Shown here: positions 34,251 through 45,959 of the stretch, one piece after another
Layout: every line of letters begins with the position of its first letter
How positions within the stretch are numbered: position 1 is the first letter of the stretch
Source: Marsupella aquatica
Taxonomy: Eukaryota; Plantae; Marchantiophyta
Reading direction: 5' to 3'
Length of the DNA: 64,000 nucleotides
Assembly (NCBI GenBank): GCA_973895155.1
Contig: OZ316899.1
Coordinates: forward strand, 9,980,287 to 10,044,286
Position numbers and translations under genes: made by a program
The notes under the pieces: generated by a model
The model's input: the letters and a program-made list of their open reading frames with translations, nothing else
Databases searched by the model: none
What the model was told of the DNA's origin: nothing

Positions 34251-36869
34251 CTAATGCCTGGCACGCTTGCCAGAGCCGCCCGAATGGGAGCGGCCATCCC
34301 GCTGCCTTCGAAGCCTGTCATTGTCCGCCTTGAGGAGCTGGACCTGGTCCAACAGAGATTCGTTCTCTTGCCTTGCCGCGTCCATCTCCTCTGCTGCCTC
34401 CTGACATGCCTCCTCCAGCAGTTGGGCGTCGCTCGTCAGTTTACCCGCCAGCTGGTCCTGCTTCTCGGCCTCGGTTTGGAGCCGCGCCACCTCGGTCTGC
34501 AGCGTGGCTATCTCCGCCGTGTCCCGCTGGGCTCGTTCCTCGGCCTCCTCCAGGTCTTTCTGCCAGGTGACGGTTTGATTCTTCAAACTGTCAATCTGGT
34601 TCCGGAGTCGTGTAATCTCGGCCTCGTTCCCAGCTTTGGCCTGTTCAGCTAGGGCGGTAAGAGCGTGCGCCTTTGCTAACAACTCATCGGCGGCTGCAAC
34701 CTTGGGTCGTAGTTGCAGAAGCTCAGCCTCTTGAGCCGCAACTTCATTCTTTAGGTACATGGACTCCACCCGGTACCGCTCTATCCTCTGAAGGGCCTCT
34801 GACTGGGCCCGACCTGCCTTTACTGCGGCAACCAACTCCTGATTGAAGAAACAGGCTACCTTCCGGGCCATGAACTCCCCGATATCCCGGGCAATTTGAT
34901 GAGAGAAATCTCCCAGAAGCCCGTTCAGAAATGTACCCGGTACGAAGAGTTCCGGGTGGTCCAGGTTGTGCCTGTCCGGAGTTGGGCACGGGCAGACGTC
35001 AACACGCGCGGGGGCCGAGGCAGTGACGTCCAGCCCTGGGGACGTAACGTTGGAAGGGGCTGGAGTGTCCTCCTGCAGCAATGTCCGGTTCTCCGGAATA
35101 GCCACCGGTGGGTCTTTGGGAGACCCGGGCTCGGGTAAGACCTCCGCCGTACCGACTTCTGTACTTAGCCCGGCTTGTTGGGTCGCATCAACGGTTGCGA
35201 CAACCGACCCATCCGGTACCTCCTCGGTTACGACTACAACTACTTGTGGAGGTGGGGTGGGTGAAGCTGGCGTGTCCGCTGGACTTCGGGCCTCGGGTTG
35301 TGGTCGTCTCTCCAAGGCCGGGAAAACCCACCTAGCTGGGACCAGCTTTGTAACGTTGACACGGGGAAGGGTTCGTCGATCAAACCGGGCGTACCACTCA
35401 AGAATGATCTCGATGTGGCTAGCAAAATATGCCTTCCCGCCAATGTACAGCGTCTTCCTTTTCCGCTCCATCTCTTCATGGAATTTCTTAGCGAAGTACA
35501 ACGCCCACTTCCTAGGTCGATAGTTCTCGACCTGGATAACCTGGGCGGCGGAGATCTCCCCCCGGGGTTCCATCATGTGGAGGGCGTACCTCTGGAACTC
35601 CAGTCGCTCAGCTATCTCGGGGATGAGGCAGGTCTTCATCACGAACCCGTTGTCCACTGCTCCCTCTGAGGGAAAACTTGAAGATTGGTACTTGGCTCCC
35701 TTGCCCCCGGGAGCCCATGATTCGACTCGATGGTCACCTTCGGGTAACCCGAAGATCATCCTGAGCCGTTCTTCCGTGAGGGACATACTCCTTCCCCGCA
35801 GCCGAGTATGTTGACGTGCGTCGTCATAATTCCTGACGAACTCCGTCATGTCCTCCCCGTAGTACCTGCAAGTGTTCCAGGGGAGGGAGGCGAGGTGCTC
35901 GAATCCCTGAGTCTTCAGGTACACCGCATGCTTGGGATGGAGGATGTTTTTGTGAACGTTTTCCCCCATGCGGTGCATCGTCACCTTGGCTATGGCTACC
36001 GTGGCCAACGGTAACCCGGATGCAGTGGTGGATTCCTTCCTCTTCTTCCCCCGTGACTGGCTCGGGGAAGGTGACACTTCCCCATCCTCCCGATTGGGCC
36101 TGGGTAGTGCCACTGCCGTTAGTAACGGGCCCGGGGCGGCCATGGTCACCATGTTGTCTGTCGGGGCCGCTCCTGGGGTCAGAGCAGGGGGTGGGGACGA
36201 TATAGTGTCGGCCCCCTGAGCGCTTGTTCCTCTGGGCCGCCTGGTCAAGGGTGGGGTAGCCTCGTCGTCATCGCTAAGATCCACAGCGTTGATGACGGAG
36301 CGTACTTGTGCTGGCTGGGCGATCGGTGGTGGGGTTTGGCTAGGCTGCGGCTGAGGCTGAAGCTGAAGCTGAGCCTGAGGTTGAGCCTGAGGTTGAGCCT
36401 GAGGTTGCATGGGTACGGGTATGGGTTCGACTGAGTTGGTCATGTTGGTTGATGGCCGAGTTCCCATGAAGCTCTGTAGGTGCTGGTAGAAGTTCTCCGA
36501 AGTGAGTGCAGACGACCTTGTCGAACAGGTAGTGCTGGACTCGTTGTTGATGATAGTCCGAACCTGAGCAGGGATGTGGTCGAAGTGATGTCGTTGCAAG
36601 TCGATCGTACCCGGGATATTGAAGACCTCATCCGGAAGCCGAAGCAATGCTTTCCAGAAACCGATATATTTGTCTCTGTTGAAGAAGTACCCAGATACCT
36701 CTGCTGGTCGGTAAAGCTCGCTCTGAGACGGGTAGTCAAAGTTAAGGATGTAGTGGTGTCGTCCTGCTAGGCGGATGGCTCTCTCGTACTCGCGTTCGAT
36801 TTCGTATCGGCGCGGGTTGGCGTGTTTCAATGAGTCGGCCAAGTGCCTTCCGATAGATAGGAACTGCAT
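34251..36869 (-). CDS. Intact 872-aa protein homologous to the family-1 LTR ORF
   Basis: GFEHLASLPW..EDMTEFVRNY..TRLRGRSMSLTEERLRMIFGLP..NGF..TC..PEIAERLEF..PRGEISAAQV aligns with GLEAFVRLPW..SDLLEFVGSW..TRIYGKDFYLTPKVIAEVFGLP..NGF..TC..PHIGEMIDF..PRAEIGKAQV. C-terminal coiled coil. Confidence 0.85.
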   Translation of the reverse strand: MQFLSIGRHLADSLKHANPRRYEIEREYERAIRLAGRHHYILNFDYPSQSELYRPAEVSGYFFNRDKYIGFWKALLRLPDEVFNIPGTIDLQRHHFDHIPAQVRTIINNESSTTCSTRSSALTSENFYQHLQSFMGTRPSTNMTNSVEPIPVPMQPQAQPQAQPQAQLQLQPQPQPSQTPPPIAQPAQVRSVINAVDLSDDDEATPPLTRRPRGTSAQGADTISSPPPALTPGAAPTDNMVTMAAPGPLLTAVALPRPNREDGEVSPSPSQSRGKKRKESTTASGLPLATVAIAKVTMHRMGENVHKNILHPKHAVYLKTQGFEHLASLPWNTCRYYGEDMTEFVRNYDDARQHTRLRGRSMSLTEERLRMIFGLPEGDHRVESWAPGGKGAKYQSSSFPSEGAVDNGFVMKTCLIPEIAERLEFQRYALHMMEPRGEISAAQVIQVENYRPRKWALYFAKKFHEEMERKRKTLYIGGKAYFASHIEIILEWYARFDRRTLPRVNVTKLVPARWVFPALERRPQPEARSPADTPASPTPPPQVVVVVTEEVPDGSVVATVDATQQAGLSTEVGTAEVLPEPGSPKDPPVAIPENRTLLQEDTPAPSNVTSPGLDVTASAPARVDVCPCPTPDRHNLDHPELFVPGTFLNGLLGDFSHQIARDIGEFMARKVACFFNQELVAAVKAGRAQSEALQRIERYRVESMYLKNEVAAQEAELLQLRPKVAAADELLAKAHALTALAEQAKAGNEAEITRLRNQIDSLKNQTVTWQKDLEEAEERAQRDTAEIATLQTEVARLQTEAEKQDQLAGKLTSDAQLLEEACQEAAEEMDAARQENESLLDQVQLLKADNDRLRRQRDGRSHSGGSGKRARH

Positions 36870-37010
36870 CCAGAATCAAATGGCCGAGCTGGAGAGGATC
36901 GTGTGCGACATTCAGAGGAGATAGTAGTGGCGACTTAGAGCGAAGAGAGAGCTGGGGTCGAAGCTAGCGCGTGGACTGATGGACTGGTGCACTACAAAGG
37001 GTTGGCTCCC

Positions 37011-37018
37011 CTTTTATA
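37011..37018 (-). promoter_or_regulatory. Candidate TATA box (TATAAAAG) upstream of the solo-LTR ORF
   Basis: Consensus TATA ~140 bp upstream of ATG 36869, followed by a pyrimidine-rich leader. Confidence 0.5.
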
Positions 37019-37988
37019 CCTTGAGGGCTCGATCCCCCGACGTCTCCTCGACGCCCATAGGCTGAACCGCTCACGCTTGTGGTGTACCAGCCACTTCGCC
37101 AGTCTGAGTCAGCGCGTGTCAGTGGCCGCTTCTTAAGTACATTATACGGACCCGAGGGAGGGGCCCCTCCATGCTCGTAACCCGGGTGTGCGAATAGCGA
37201 CCCGCCGCCAGTCCGAACCTGAATTCCCCCTTATTGCCTAATGATGTCCTACCCATAATGATTACCTAAATACTATCGTTATGCTAATAATAGCGGCCTA
37301 AGACACTCCTAACGCGCATGCTAAGCGCAGTTAGACCGAATCACTCATTAACCGCCATACCGGCGGCGTCACAATGGGTTCACCTGACAATACAAGGACA
37401 ATGAAATTCCTGCTTTTTGAGTTGATCCGACCCACTGGTGCTCAGGTCCAATTTTGATAGGTATAGGGGATATGTGAACAATCCGTACTAGGCACCTGCA
37501 CGGATGCAGGACATTGTTTGAATATACTACAAAATCCATATCAAAGGTGAAATGAAGTGCAACCAACTTGTCATGGCACATACATATTTTGTTGTAAAGG
37601 AGGATACATTCAATGATAAACTTATAGGGCAATTTGATTAATTGCATGCCTGATAATTTATACGCTTAAAACTTAGAAGTCCTGTTTTAATTTAGCAGTC
37701 TGATGAGAGTGTTTATGAAAATGACCACTCAGCCTAAATACTTCCAAGAAGGCTTGTAAGGATAAGTTTTTATAGGCATGTACCCAGCCACTGATGCCAG
37801 AGCACAAGATAAGTGTTGCCTATATAAACTCGCCTACCCAACTCCTTTTCAAAATTGAATCTCTGCAATCTCCAAAAATAGTACATCCACATCAGGTGCA
37901 CTGTTTAGTTTCACAGCCAAGATATGTGATCTCTCACAGGAGTGCACGAGGTAGGATCAATGGCATGGCAATGACAATAAAATATCCA

Positions 37989-38591
37989 TCAATCAACACC
38001 ATGTGCAGAGTGATCATAGATTTCTCTGTCACAAGCATAACCCTCTGCTTGACGATCTTTCAAGCAATGATAGTGCCACATAGTGGGACACCTAGCACAG
38101 TGGACTATATCTGTCCAGTAGTCATCATCATGCTCACCACATGCCTTGCATCTATGAAGTGGGCAAGCTGTGGCATGAGCAAGCAAACACTCAAAACAGA
38201 AAAAACTCACGCAAAAACGGTTTGGACATTTTCTAACATTTGCTGCAGCATCAACAGAGCCCTCATAGGACCCCAACTTCCCACACTGTGCACACTTAGC
38301 CTACTTCTCCAAACAATCAGTGCACATCCAGTCTCCCTGGTGTGTTGATGAGAGGCCCACCCCTGGACAGTTGTTTTCTGCAGCAAGGTGAGACTCCGGG
38401 TTGAGGTGGAAATGCCTCATGCAAGGGCCCTCACAAATGACCAGGCCCCCACCATTGTCACAAATGGCACAACAATGAGCTGCCTTCTGGAACATCTGAC
38501 TTGCAGAGAAGTTAGTAGCATTTGCCCCAAGTACACCTGTGTTTCTCACCTGTGTCACACGCTTTTTGGCTTGAATTTTAGGGCGTGTCAT
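37989..38591 (-). pseudogene. EDM2-like composite PHD-finger fragment (in-frame stop at 38301-38303)
   Basis: CAICDNGGGLVICEGPCMRHFH...WMCTDC...CAQCGKLGS...CPLHRCKAC...CARCPTMWHYHCL parallels the EDM2/NSD-type triple PHD (CAICDNGG..CEG.C.RSFH...CPLHKC..C...CRRCP..YH.KCL). Confidence 0.75.
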
Positions 38592-39289
38592 GCCTGCGCA
38601 TGAGATAGACTCTACAATTTAGCAGACTGCACAGAAAGTAAAATATATTTAGCATTTAAGGTACAAAGGCATTTGCTACTGCAATGAATTGGAATGGCCA
38701 CACAAGGATGCAGAGCATACATACTTTTGGTATGTTGAGCCCACACACAAAACTGATCCCCTAATACAATTGCTCCACCAACACCTCAATTTTAATTGTG
38801 GCTATGATTCACCAAAGGAGATCTGCAACAACATTTCATGCATTTGAATCACATACAATAGTCGTGACATGTAAAACAGACATTCTTCGAAGAGGATTGG
38901 TATGAAGCAGTGTCATAAGGGTTGAAATTTATACATCCTAAATAGGCTATGATAGTGGTTGAGACAAATAAGTCAAACATAAATCACATTTTGCAGGTTG
39001 TCACATGGCCCATTAATTCATTGAACGTTACAATGTTCACCAAGTTAAAGCAGTCATGAAAGCAATCTTTCAATAGAGACTTTTAAGTGAGTTTGCTAGC
39101 CTCTTAAATTAGGATATTTTGCTTAGTGCAGGCATAATAGGATAAGTTACGTACTGTTGACCCTAAACCCTGGACCCAAAATTGCTCATACATCAAAATT
39201 TTAAGTAAATATCCTTTGTGTTGAAGTCAGATTGTTAAGCTATAGGTCAATGGTATCTGGTCTGTGCATGCGGTGTGACAAGTGGTCCT

Positions 39290-39739
39290 CTAGAGCATGT
39301 GATCCAAACATGTGTAGACACCAAAGTCACCGGTGGTGGGGTCTGGGAGGGCAGGACAAGTGACATCACCAGGCACACTGCAGGATGGCGAGTGGTTCCA
39401 GATGATACATTGTGCTCTGTGCAAATATCGACATCCAAGAGAACGGTCATCCAATTCTGGGCCAAAAGCCCTACAGGCTAGACAGTCATATTGGCAACTG
39501 TGCACACACCCTTGGCACCTAATTTGTGGCGGGTCATGTACAAGAGACACAAATACCAAGGATGTCGGGAAGGGTACTAAAGCAGGTAGAGGCCGGCTGT
39601 AGTTGTTTTTGGAAACAACAGGGTACTCAAAGTACCATGCAGACTGGGCTGGAAGGATCCCAAGTTTGACATACTCAAGGCGCAACATCTCTGCCTTGCG
39701 TGCAAGCCGCACATGTTCAGCGTTGCGGGTCCTCACCAT
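39290..39739 (-). CDS. Cys/His-rich ORF of unknown function (possible zinc-finger exon)
   Basis: 149-aa ORF with CQGC, CLAC, C..LH...C motifs; same strand as the nearby PHD fragment. Confidence 0.3.
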   Translation of the reverse strand: MVRTRNAEHVRLARKAEMLRLEYVKLGILPAQSAWYFEYPVVSKNNYSRPLPALVPFPTSLVFVSLVHDPPQIRCQGCVHSCQYDCLACRAFGPELDDRSLGCRYLHRAQCIIWNHSPSCSVPGDVTCPALPDPTTGDFGVYTCLDHML

Positions 39740-40252
39740 AAGTGTTGCTTTTGTTGTGATGTCCTCTATTCACGTCCTTTGATGAGCAAGGTGAGCATGA
39801 GGTCGACTTGCCTCGCCAACAACAACCAACCTAAACTAATCAGTTCCCACTCATTGTCTTGGTTCCAACTACAGGTCATAGTATACACATAGCATGAAAC
39901 GTGCATAGTACATATTTGATTCTGAGTTTATGAGTTTCCTAAGACAAAGAGCTTGGTGATAAACCCATGATCTCGACGGACATGTATATCAATCATATTA
40001 AGATCCTATTTTTTCATCCAGAAAGACCGAAAGTCTCACCTTGCAGGTTGCACCAGAGAGAAAATTCATTGGCTGTCATGTTGTGCAAGTGAACCTCCAC
40101 TGATGCCCCCGGTGTAGCCCCTCAGATGCAGGTGACACTTACCAACTCCCAAGTTGCCTGGTCTAACAGAAAATGCTTATATCTTCAGAACTTTATAGAG
40201 CAAGTACATGATCACATGGCATTGGCCCTACCAAACTGTACGTTCAAAAAGA

Positions 40253-40291
40253 GACTACAATATTCAGAAAGAGTCAACTCTACACTTGGTT
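40253..40291 (+). pseudogene. 39-bp ubiquitin fragment
   Basis: Encodes DYNIQKESTLHLV, identical to ubiquitin residues 58-70; flanks are unrelated to ubiquitin. Confidence 0.7.
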
Positions 40292-40826
40292 CATACACAT
40301 ACTTTTGGAACTATTCATATTTGGCCTTATGGAACTCTTGCCAACTACAACTCCCATTATGCACAAGCTCACATCAACAGAGAAAGATACAGAATGCATA
40401 CTTACTATGGCTCTTAGCACCTTCACTACCTTGTTGAACCCAATCCTGAGGTCTTTTCAGCGTGTTTGTTGTGATGTCCCCTTTGGCACCCAACACCTTA
40501 GTCCTTGATGTAACATAATGCGATTTTACAAGTTAGATGCTTTGGAACCTTCTATGGTCTTAGTTGAATTGATGTCATTGTAAGGTGAAAGACAAGGAAT
40601 ACGAAAGTTGGTTGAAGAGCTGTGAACAACACACTAGCATGAAATGCTTCAACCAATCCACTACCAAATGGAACTCTTACACAGTCACATCCTTTCAGTA
40701 AACAGAAACTCAGTCAAACTTCATAATCAAAGTACAGACTCTGAAGGACCAAAGGAGGATGTTGTGAGTTTCTCCGTTGTTTAATGTGTTACCCTTCTAG
40801 TTTCAAAGTTAGCAAATGCTGAATAA

Positions 40827-41180
40827 TGTGTCTACCAGATCTTCGAAAAGAAGCCCACCACAATTAAGAACTTCGGTCTCTGGGTGAGGTATCAGAGTCG
40901 TACAAGTTATCACAACATGTACAAGGAAAATTGTGATACCACGTTGAACGGAGCTGTAGAGCAGATGTATGATGAGATGGCTTCTCGTCATAGAGTTTGG
41001 TTCCCTTGCATCCAGATCATCAAGACTACAACAATCCCTGTCTCTCTGTGCAAGCGAGAAAGTACCAAGCAGTTCCATGATTCAAAGATCAAGTTCCCCT
41101 TGACGTACCGCAAGATTCAACCTCCATCACGAAAGCTGAAGACGACTTACAAGGTCACCAGGCCCAACACATTTGTTTGA
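40827..41180 (+). pseudogene. RPL18A: 60S ribosomal protein L18a, 5'-truncated copy
   Basis: [30 protein letters not shown]...[16 protein letters not shown]...[12 protein letters not shown]...RPNTFV-stop. N-terminal third absent; substitutions at conserved sites. Confidence 0.85.
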
Positions 41181-42299
41181 GTAGTGCGGGTGCAAGTTCC
41201 CAATTTTGAAACAATTTGGCTCATTTTATGTCCCGGCCGAGGGACTCCTGGAGTTTATGTATTGAGTTTCTAGGTCAAGATGCTTAATATAAGGAAATTC
41301 AATTTTCACTTCGTTCCCAACTTCTATTAATTGAATATACACAAGCTGGAAGCAAGAAGACAAGCCACAATCTAGCATCTTAGCCAAACACATTCGTCCC
41401 GACAAAGCAAAACTACAATCACATAGTGCGAGTCGTGTCTGCACTGGCAACCCCAGTGAGACTGATCAGCATTTGGACTGCATCATTGTCTAGAGCTAGC
41501 AGGGGAAGGAATCAACATAGATAGCAGTGGAAGGTGCAGTGGAGATAGCATGGGGACAGGAAAGGAAATGCAGGATCCTTAAGCATAAATTTCCAAAAAT
41601 GGAACAACAGGAAATGAAGAATAGGCATTGAAGCGGTCAACTGGACAAACATTGTAACAAGGCAGCAAGCATTGGATTAAGAAGATCCAAGGTTTCATCA
41701 GCAGCAGCAAGGTTTCATCAACAATGGCATTGTGAGACAAATCACTCCTTACAAATTTCTACAGAGGTCCTCCCCACTTGCAGCTCCTCGGCCAGCCTAG
41801 ATTTCTTGTAAGACAGATTTCTTGTTTGGTGAGGAAAGATCAAAAAGCAACTGATCAATGCCTTACATAAGAGCTGGATGCAGCCTTGTCTCACATTTAA
41901 TGTTAAACTGAATGAAAGACATTATGTGCATGCACACAAGGAAGACATGAATATAATTAAGGTAGGTTTTAAGGAGCGGAGTCAGCAGTTGCCCGGGAGC
42001 TTGCAATCGGACTTAGAAGGTTCAAATTGAAGCGCCATTAGTTTGGCGTGGTCAAGAGATGTATTCAGTAAATAAATGTTGATCAGGGATACTCACCTCT
42101 TTTGAATGTATTCCAGCTCCAGGATACTGACTCAGCTAAGCCCAACTGGACAGAAGTCACTCAGATCCACAAAAAAGTAAAGATTCACCTCCAAGCCGGA
42201 AGCCAATCACTTCAGTAGAGCAGCTTCTGGACGGAACCAACTTTGCTCAGCCCCGAGGGGAGATAATCCATCAGTTATCAGTCACCCCCCTTCTTTTTC

Positions 42300-42772
42300 T
42301 CTAATCTCGGAGACCTCTCCGAGATGGCGACGGTTTTTTTTGGCAATCTCGGAGAGCTCTCCGAGATCCCTAACATGTTTTTGGCAATCTCAGAGACCTC
42401 TCCGAGATGGCAACAATTGTTTTTGGCAATCTTGGAGAGGCTCTCCGAGATCCCTACCATTTTTATGGCAATCTCGGAGAGCCTCTCCGAGATCCCAACA
42501 CACTTCCAAGAGTATGTTGGAGACATGGTAGTTTGTTTGCTCACCATGTGAGAGAGCCTCTCCGACATACCAAGTCACTCCGTTGCCATCTCGGAGAGCC
42601 TCTCCAAGATACCAAGTCTTTTTGTTGACCATCTCGGAGAGCCTCTCCAAGATACCAAGTCTTTTTGTTGACCATCTCGGAGAGCCTCTCCGAGATACCA
42701 AGTCACTTTGCAAACCATCTTTGACTTTCCCATTCCATTTCTAAGACCATCTCAAAGAGCCTCTCCGAGATA
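42300..42772. repeat. Left subterminal array of palindrome ATCTCGGAGAG-N-CTCTCCGAGAT
   Basis: About 11 copies with short spacers, directly visible. Confidence 0.95.
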
Positions 42773-42906
42773 CAAATACAAAAAACTTGCAAGTGATACA
42801 CATCACATTCACTTTTCATATATATGGTAATGTGTACACAGCAACACTTCATTATTGCTACCTTCTCTAAAGCTAAACCCTGTTGGCCACTACTTTATTC
42901 TATTAT

Positions 42907-43560
42907 CTAATATGTGCACAGGTCATAAATAATCTTCTTTCGTAAGTTTCCTACCTGGCTGCCATCAAAATCCATAGGAGCATCTCGACTTATGCGCTCT
43001 GCATAGTTAAGGATGAATACCCCACAATTTACACTATCTTCTTGTGATGGAAGGCCTGACACTAAAGTTCTAGGCCAGTTGTATGCATCTGGTGAGGGCA
43101 TGCCTCTTTGACTTGCTTCATCCTTGATATATTTTGTTAGTATACATGAGATACTCATTTCGAGCCTCCCAAAAGTTTCCTGATTTCTCCCAAAGCGAAT
43201 CGAGGAACAACACCTCTTTTCCAGTTAAATCAATCACTGCCAACACCCAATGCTCCCTGTTTGCCTGGTGGATAGGGACCAATATCCTGTCATAATCAAA
43301 TATATTTTTGGTTTTGGTCCATTGAGCAACATTGGCAAAACAGTATACAGGCGTTGAGAGCAACGTGTAGAATGCTATGATGAAAAATGCACACTTTGGA
43401 TAGCCTCTTGATCTCCCCCTAAACTGCAACAAGGCCAAGTATGCATCGATGATATCTGAATGTAGTCATTGAGCTGTTGTTCTTCCTTCAGACAAGCATC
43501 TCATTGACGCCCTGGTCAACTTGTAATCTACAAAGTTGAATAGTACTTCCTCGTCTGGGA
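42907..43560 (-). pseudogene. Ulp1/C48 SUMO-protease domain (frameshifted)
   Basis: IIDAYLALL...RILVPIH...HWVLAVID...FLDSL...PSQEDSVNCGVF, with the His-Asp-Gln-Cys catalytic set intact. Confidence 0.85.
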
Positions 43561-44287
43561 GCTCTATGGATAGACATGTGGATACTATGTCTGGAAAAAG
43601 TCTTGAGAGCAGACTACTTCAGCAAATAACCCAGGTATCCGGATATTCCCACCACGTGCTGCATAGGATTGAACAGCATGGCATTAGGCATCATCTTCAT
43701 CTGAGCTATATGTCACAAAAGAAGGGTGAGCTATCTTGTCACTATCACTACTGACACTCTCACTTTCATTGTAGTCTACCTCTACTGCTCTATCATCTAC
43801 AAATCTAGACTTTTGCCTCTTTGTGTACTTCTTAGCTACACCCTTGAGCCGTTTGAAGGGGCGTGAATCAACAATCCCTTTTGCGTAAGTTGGAAGGCAA
43901 AATCTTTCTGGAGAGAAAGTTTTCGATGCTTCCTCCCATGCTTCACGGACTTTGTCCTTGTCCGATGTGTGCCATTGTTTGGACTCGATGTTCCTATAGT
44001 GAACTGCCTATTGGTTAAGTAGACAGTTTAAGGTAATACCATAATAATGTGGAACTTCACATTTTTATTGATCCTCACCATGCACAATGTAAATTGCAAA
44101 CTACCTACAACAAATGGGTTCTTGGATTCAACGTTTACTCACAATCCTGAGCATTCCCACCCTTGCCTTCTGCGGCATCCTCCTCTGAATCAGACTCAAG
44201 GACCAGCTTCTTCCGCCCTTCAGGATTCTTAGTCTCCTTGGCCTCCTCCTTACTCTCCTCGCCTTCCACCTTGGTCTGATTGCCTTG

Positions 44288-45922
44288 CTACATTGAAAGG
44301 AGTTTTGACAACACTGAAGCTGCTGACTCACCAAAGTAGTCATGCACTTCCATCCCAAATACTAGTCGCCCACAATTATTGGCAGCTTTGTAGATAGCAC
44401 CAAAGTGGACATTCCAAGAAAATATGATATCGCCGGGACTGGTGATGTGCTCTATGATGCATTGCAAGGTTGCAGGCGATAACGTTTCAGCCAATTCGTC
44501 TCTCATTGCATCATCTTCCTTTGTAAAATTGGATAGAGCATTGCTCTTTGCTGGGCACAAGTCACCAGTAATTGGCTTCACATGTACCTTTGGGAGGATC
44601 ACCTCTGTACCCTTCATGGCGAATATATCCAAATGCAGATATTGAGTCTGTCGTATCATGCAAAATAGATTCGCACTTGTTAGCAACACTAATTGCTAAA
44701 CATATCCGACATCGATCCTACCTATCTCAGAGAGGCTCTCCAAGATGGATCCTACCTATCTCAGAGAGGCTCTCCAAGATCCATGCTACCTATCTCAAAG
44801 AGGCTCTCCGAGATGGATCCTACCTATCTCAGAGAGGCGCTCCGAGATCCATGCTACCTATCTCAGAGAGGCTCTCCGAGATGGATCCTACCTATCTCAG
44901 AGAGGCGCTCCAAGATCCATGCTACCTATCTCAGAGAGGCTTTTCAAGATGGATCCTACCTATCTCAGAGAGGCTCTCCGAGATGGATCCTACCTATCTC
45001 AGAGAGGCTCTCCGAGATCCATGCTACCTATCTCAGAGAGGCTCTCCGAGATCCATGCTACCTATCTCAGAAAGGCTCTCCGAGATGGATCCTACCTATC
45101 TCAGAGAGGCTCTCCGAGATCCATGCTACCTATCTCAGAGAGGCTCTCCGAGATCTCCGAGATCCATGCTACCTATCTCAAAGAGGCTCTCCAAGATCCA
45201 TGCTACCTATCTCAGAGAGGCTCTCCGAGATGGATCCTACCTATCTCAGAGAGGCTCTCCAAGATCCATGCTACCTATCTCAGAGAGCCTCTCCGAGATT
45301 GATCCTACCTATCTTGGAGAGCCTCTCCGAGATTGATCCTACCTATCTCCGAGAGCCTCTCCGAGATCAATGTTACCCATATGGGAGAGGGTGTCCGAGA
45401 TCGTAATTGCGGACACATTTTTCAACTATCTCGGAGAGCCTCTCCGAGATGACTTCTATTGAAATGCCAAAATTGAAGTGAACTTATAGCTTTTTTGCTT
45501 GACGCCATGTAGCAAGGTGTGTCATTCCAAATGGTGAATGAGTCAATGTGAAGGTACTCAAATATTGAGCCTGTGTGGGCAAATGAACCACTGTGCACGA
45601 TGCATAAGAAACCGTCATTTGTGAGTAGAGAGTCTGCCAATGTCGTCGCCACTTCTAGGTCACTGAGCCGAAATCTATTCCACACCGGAACATTATTTTC
45701 AGCCTGCGCTATGCGATAATCTGTTCCTAGCTGAACAAAGATCATATCACAACCATGGCCCTTAGGTACACCATCAACTATCCAACCTTGTTTTCGCAAG
45801 CCAGCCAACTTCAATTTCTTACACCAGTCCCGAAATTCCCTCATGAATGGAGGGAGAGGCAACTTTCCCGTGGTTGGCTGGTATTTGTCGTTCAGCCAAG
45901 AAGAACACTCTAGTAAGGTCAT
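44288..45922 (-). pseudogene. Degenerate beta-class N6-adenine/N4-cytosine DNA methyltransferase-like domain (two exons)
   Basis: Exon A: CDMIFVQL...LADSLLTNDGFLCI (compare VDLIxxDPPY...RVLKPGGSLYI). Exon B: LQCIIEHITSPGDIIFSWNVHFGAIYKAANNCGRLVFGMEVHDYF (compare LERLI...TxPGDLVLDPFxGSGTT..AA...GRRFIGIE). The DPPY and FxGxG motifs are not conserved. Confidence 0.5.
44705..45452. repeat. Intronic 34-bp tandem array containing the 23-bp MULE palindrome
   Basis: About 20 copies of TACCTATCTCAGAGAGGCTCTCC(G/A)AGAT + GGATCC/CCATGC spacers, lying between the two MTase-like exons. Confidence 0.95.
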
Positions 45923-45959
45923 ATGCTCTTTTGCATGGCAAAATTGCAGGGCAGATGTA

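Larger units (their letters stand above)
33354..37373 (-). mobile_element. Solo LTR (4020 bp), family 2, protein-coding
   Basis: TGT...ACA termini (minus strand begins TGTGACGCC, compare family 1 TGTGATGCC). Perfect 5-bp TSD ATGGG at 33349-33353 and 37374-37378. No gag/pol or PBS adjacent. Confidence 0.88.

Noticed and set aside
44288-45922. Catalytically active DNA methyltransferase
   Set aside because: The DPPY/SPPY and FxGxG motifs are not present in this copy, so only a fold-level resemblance can be claimed.
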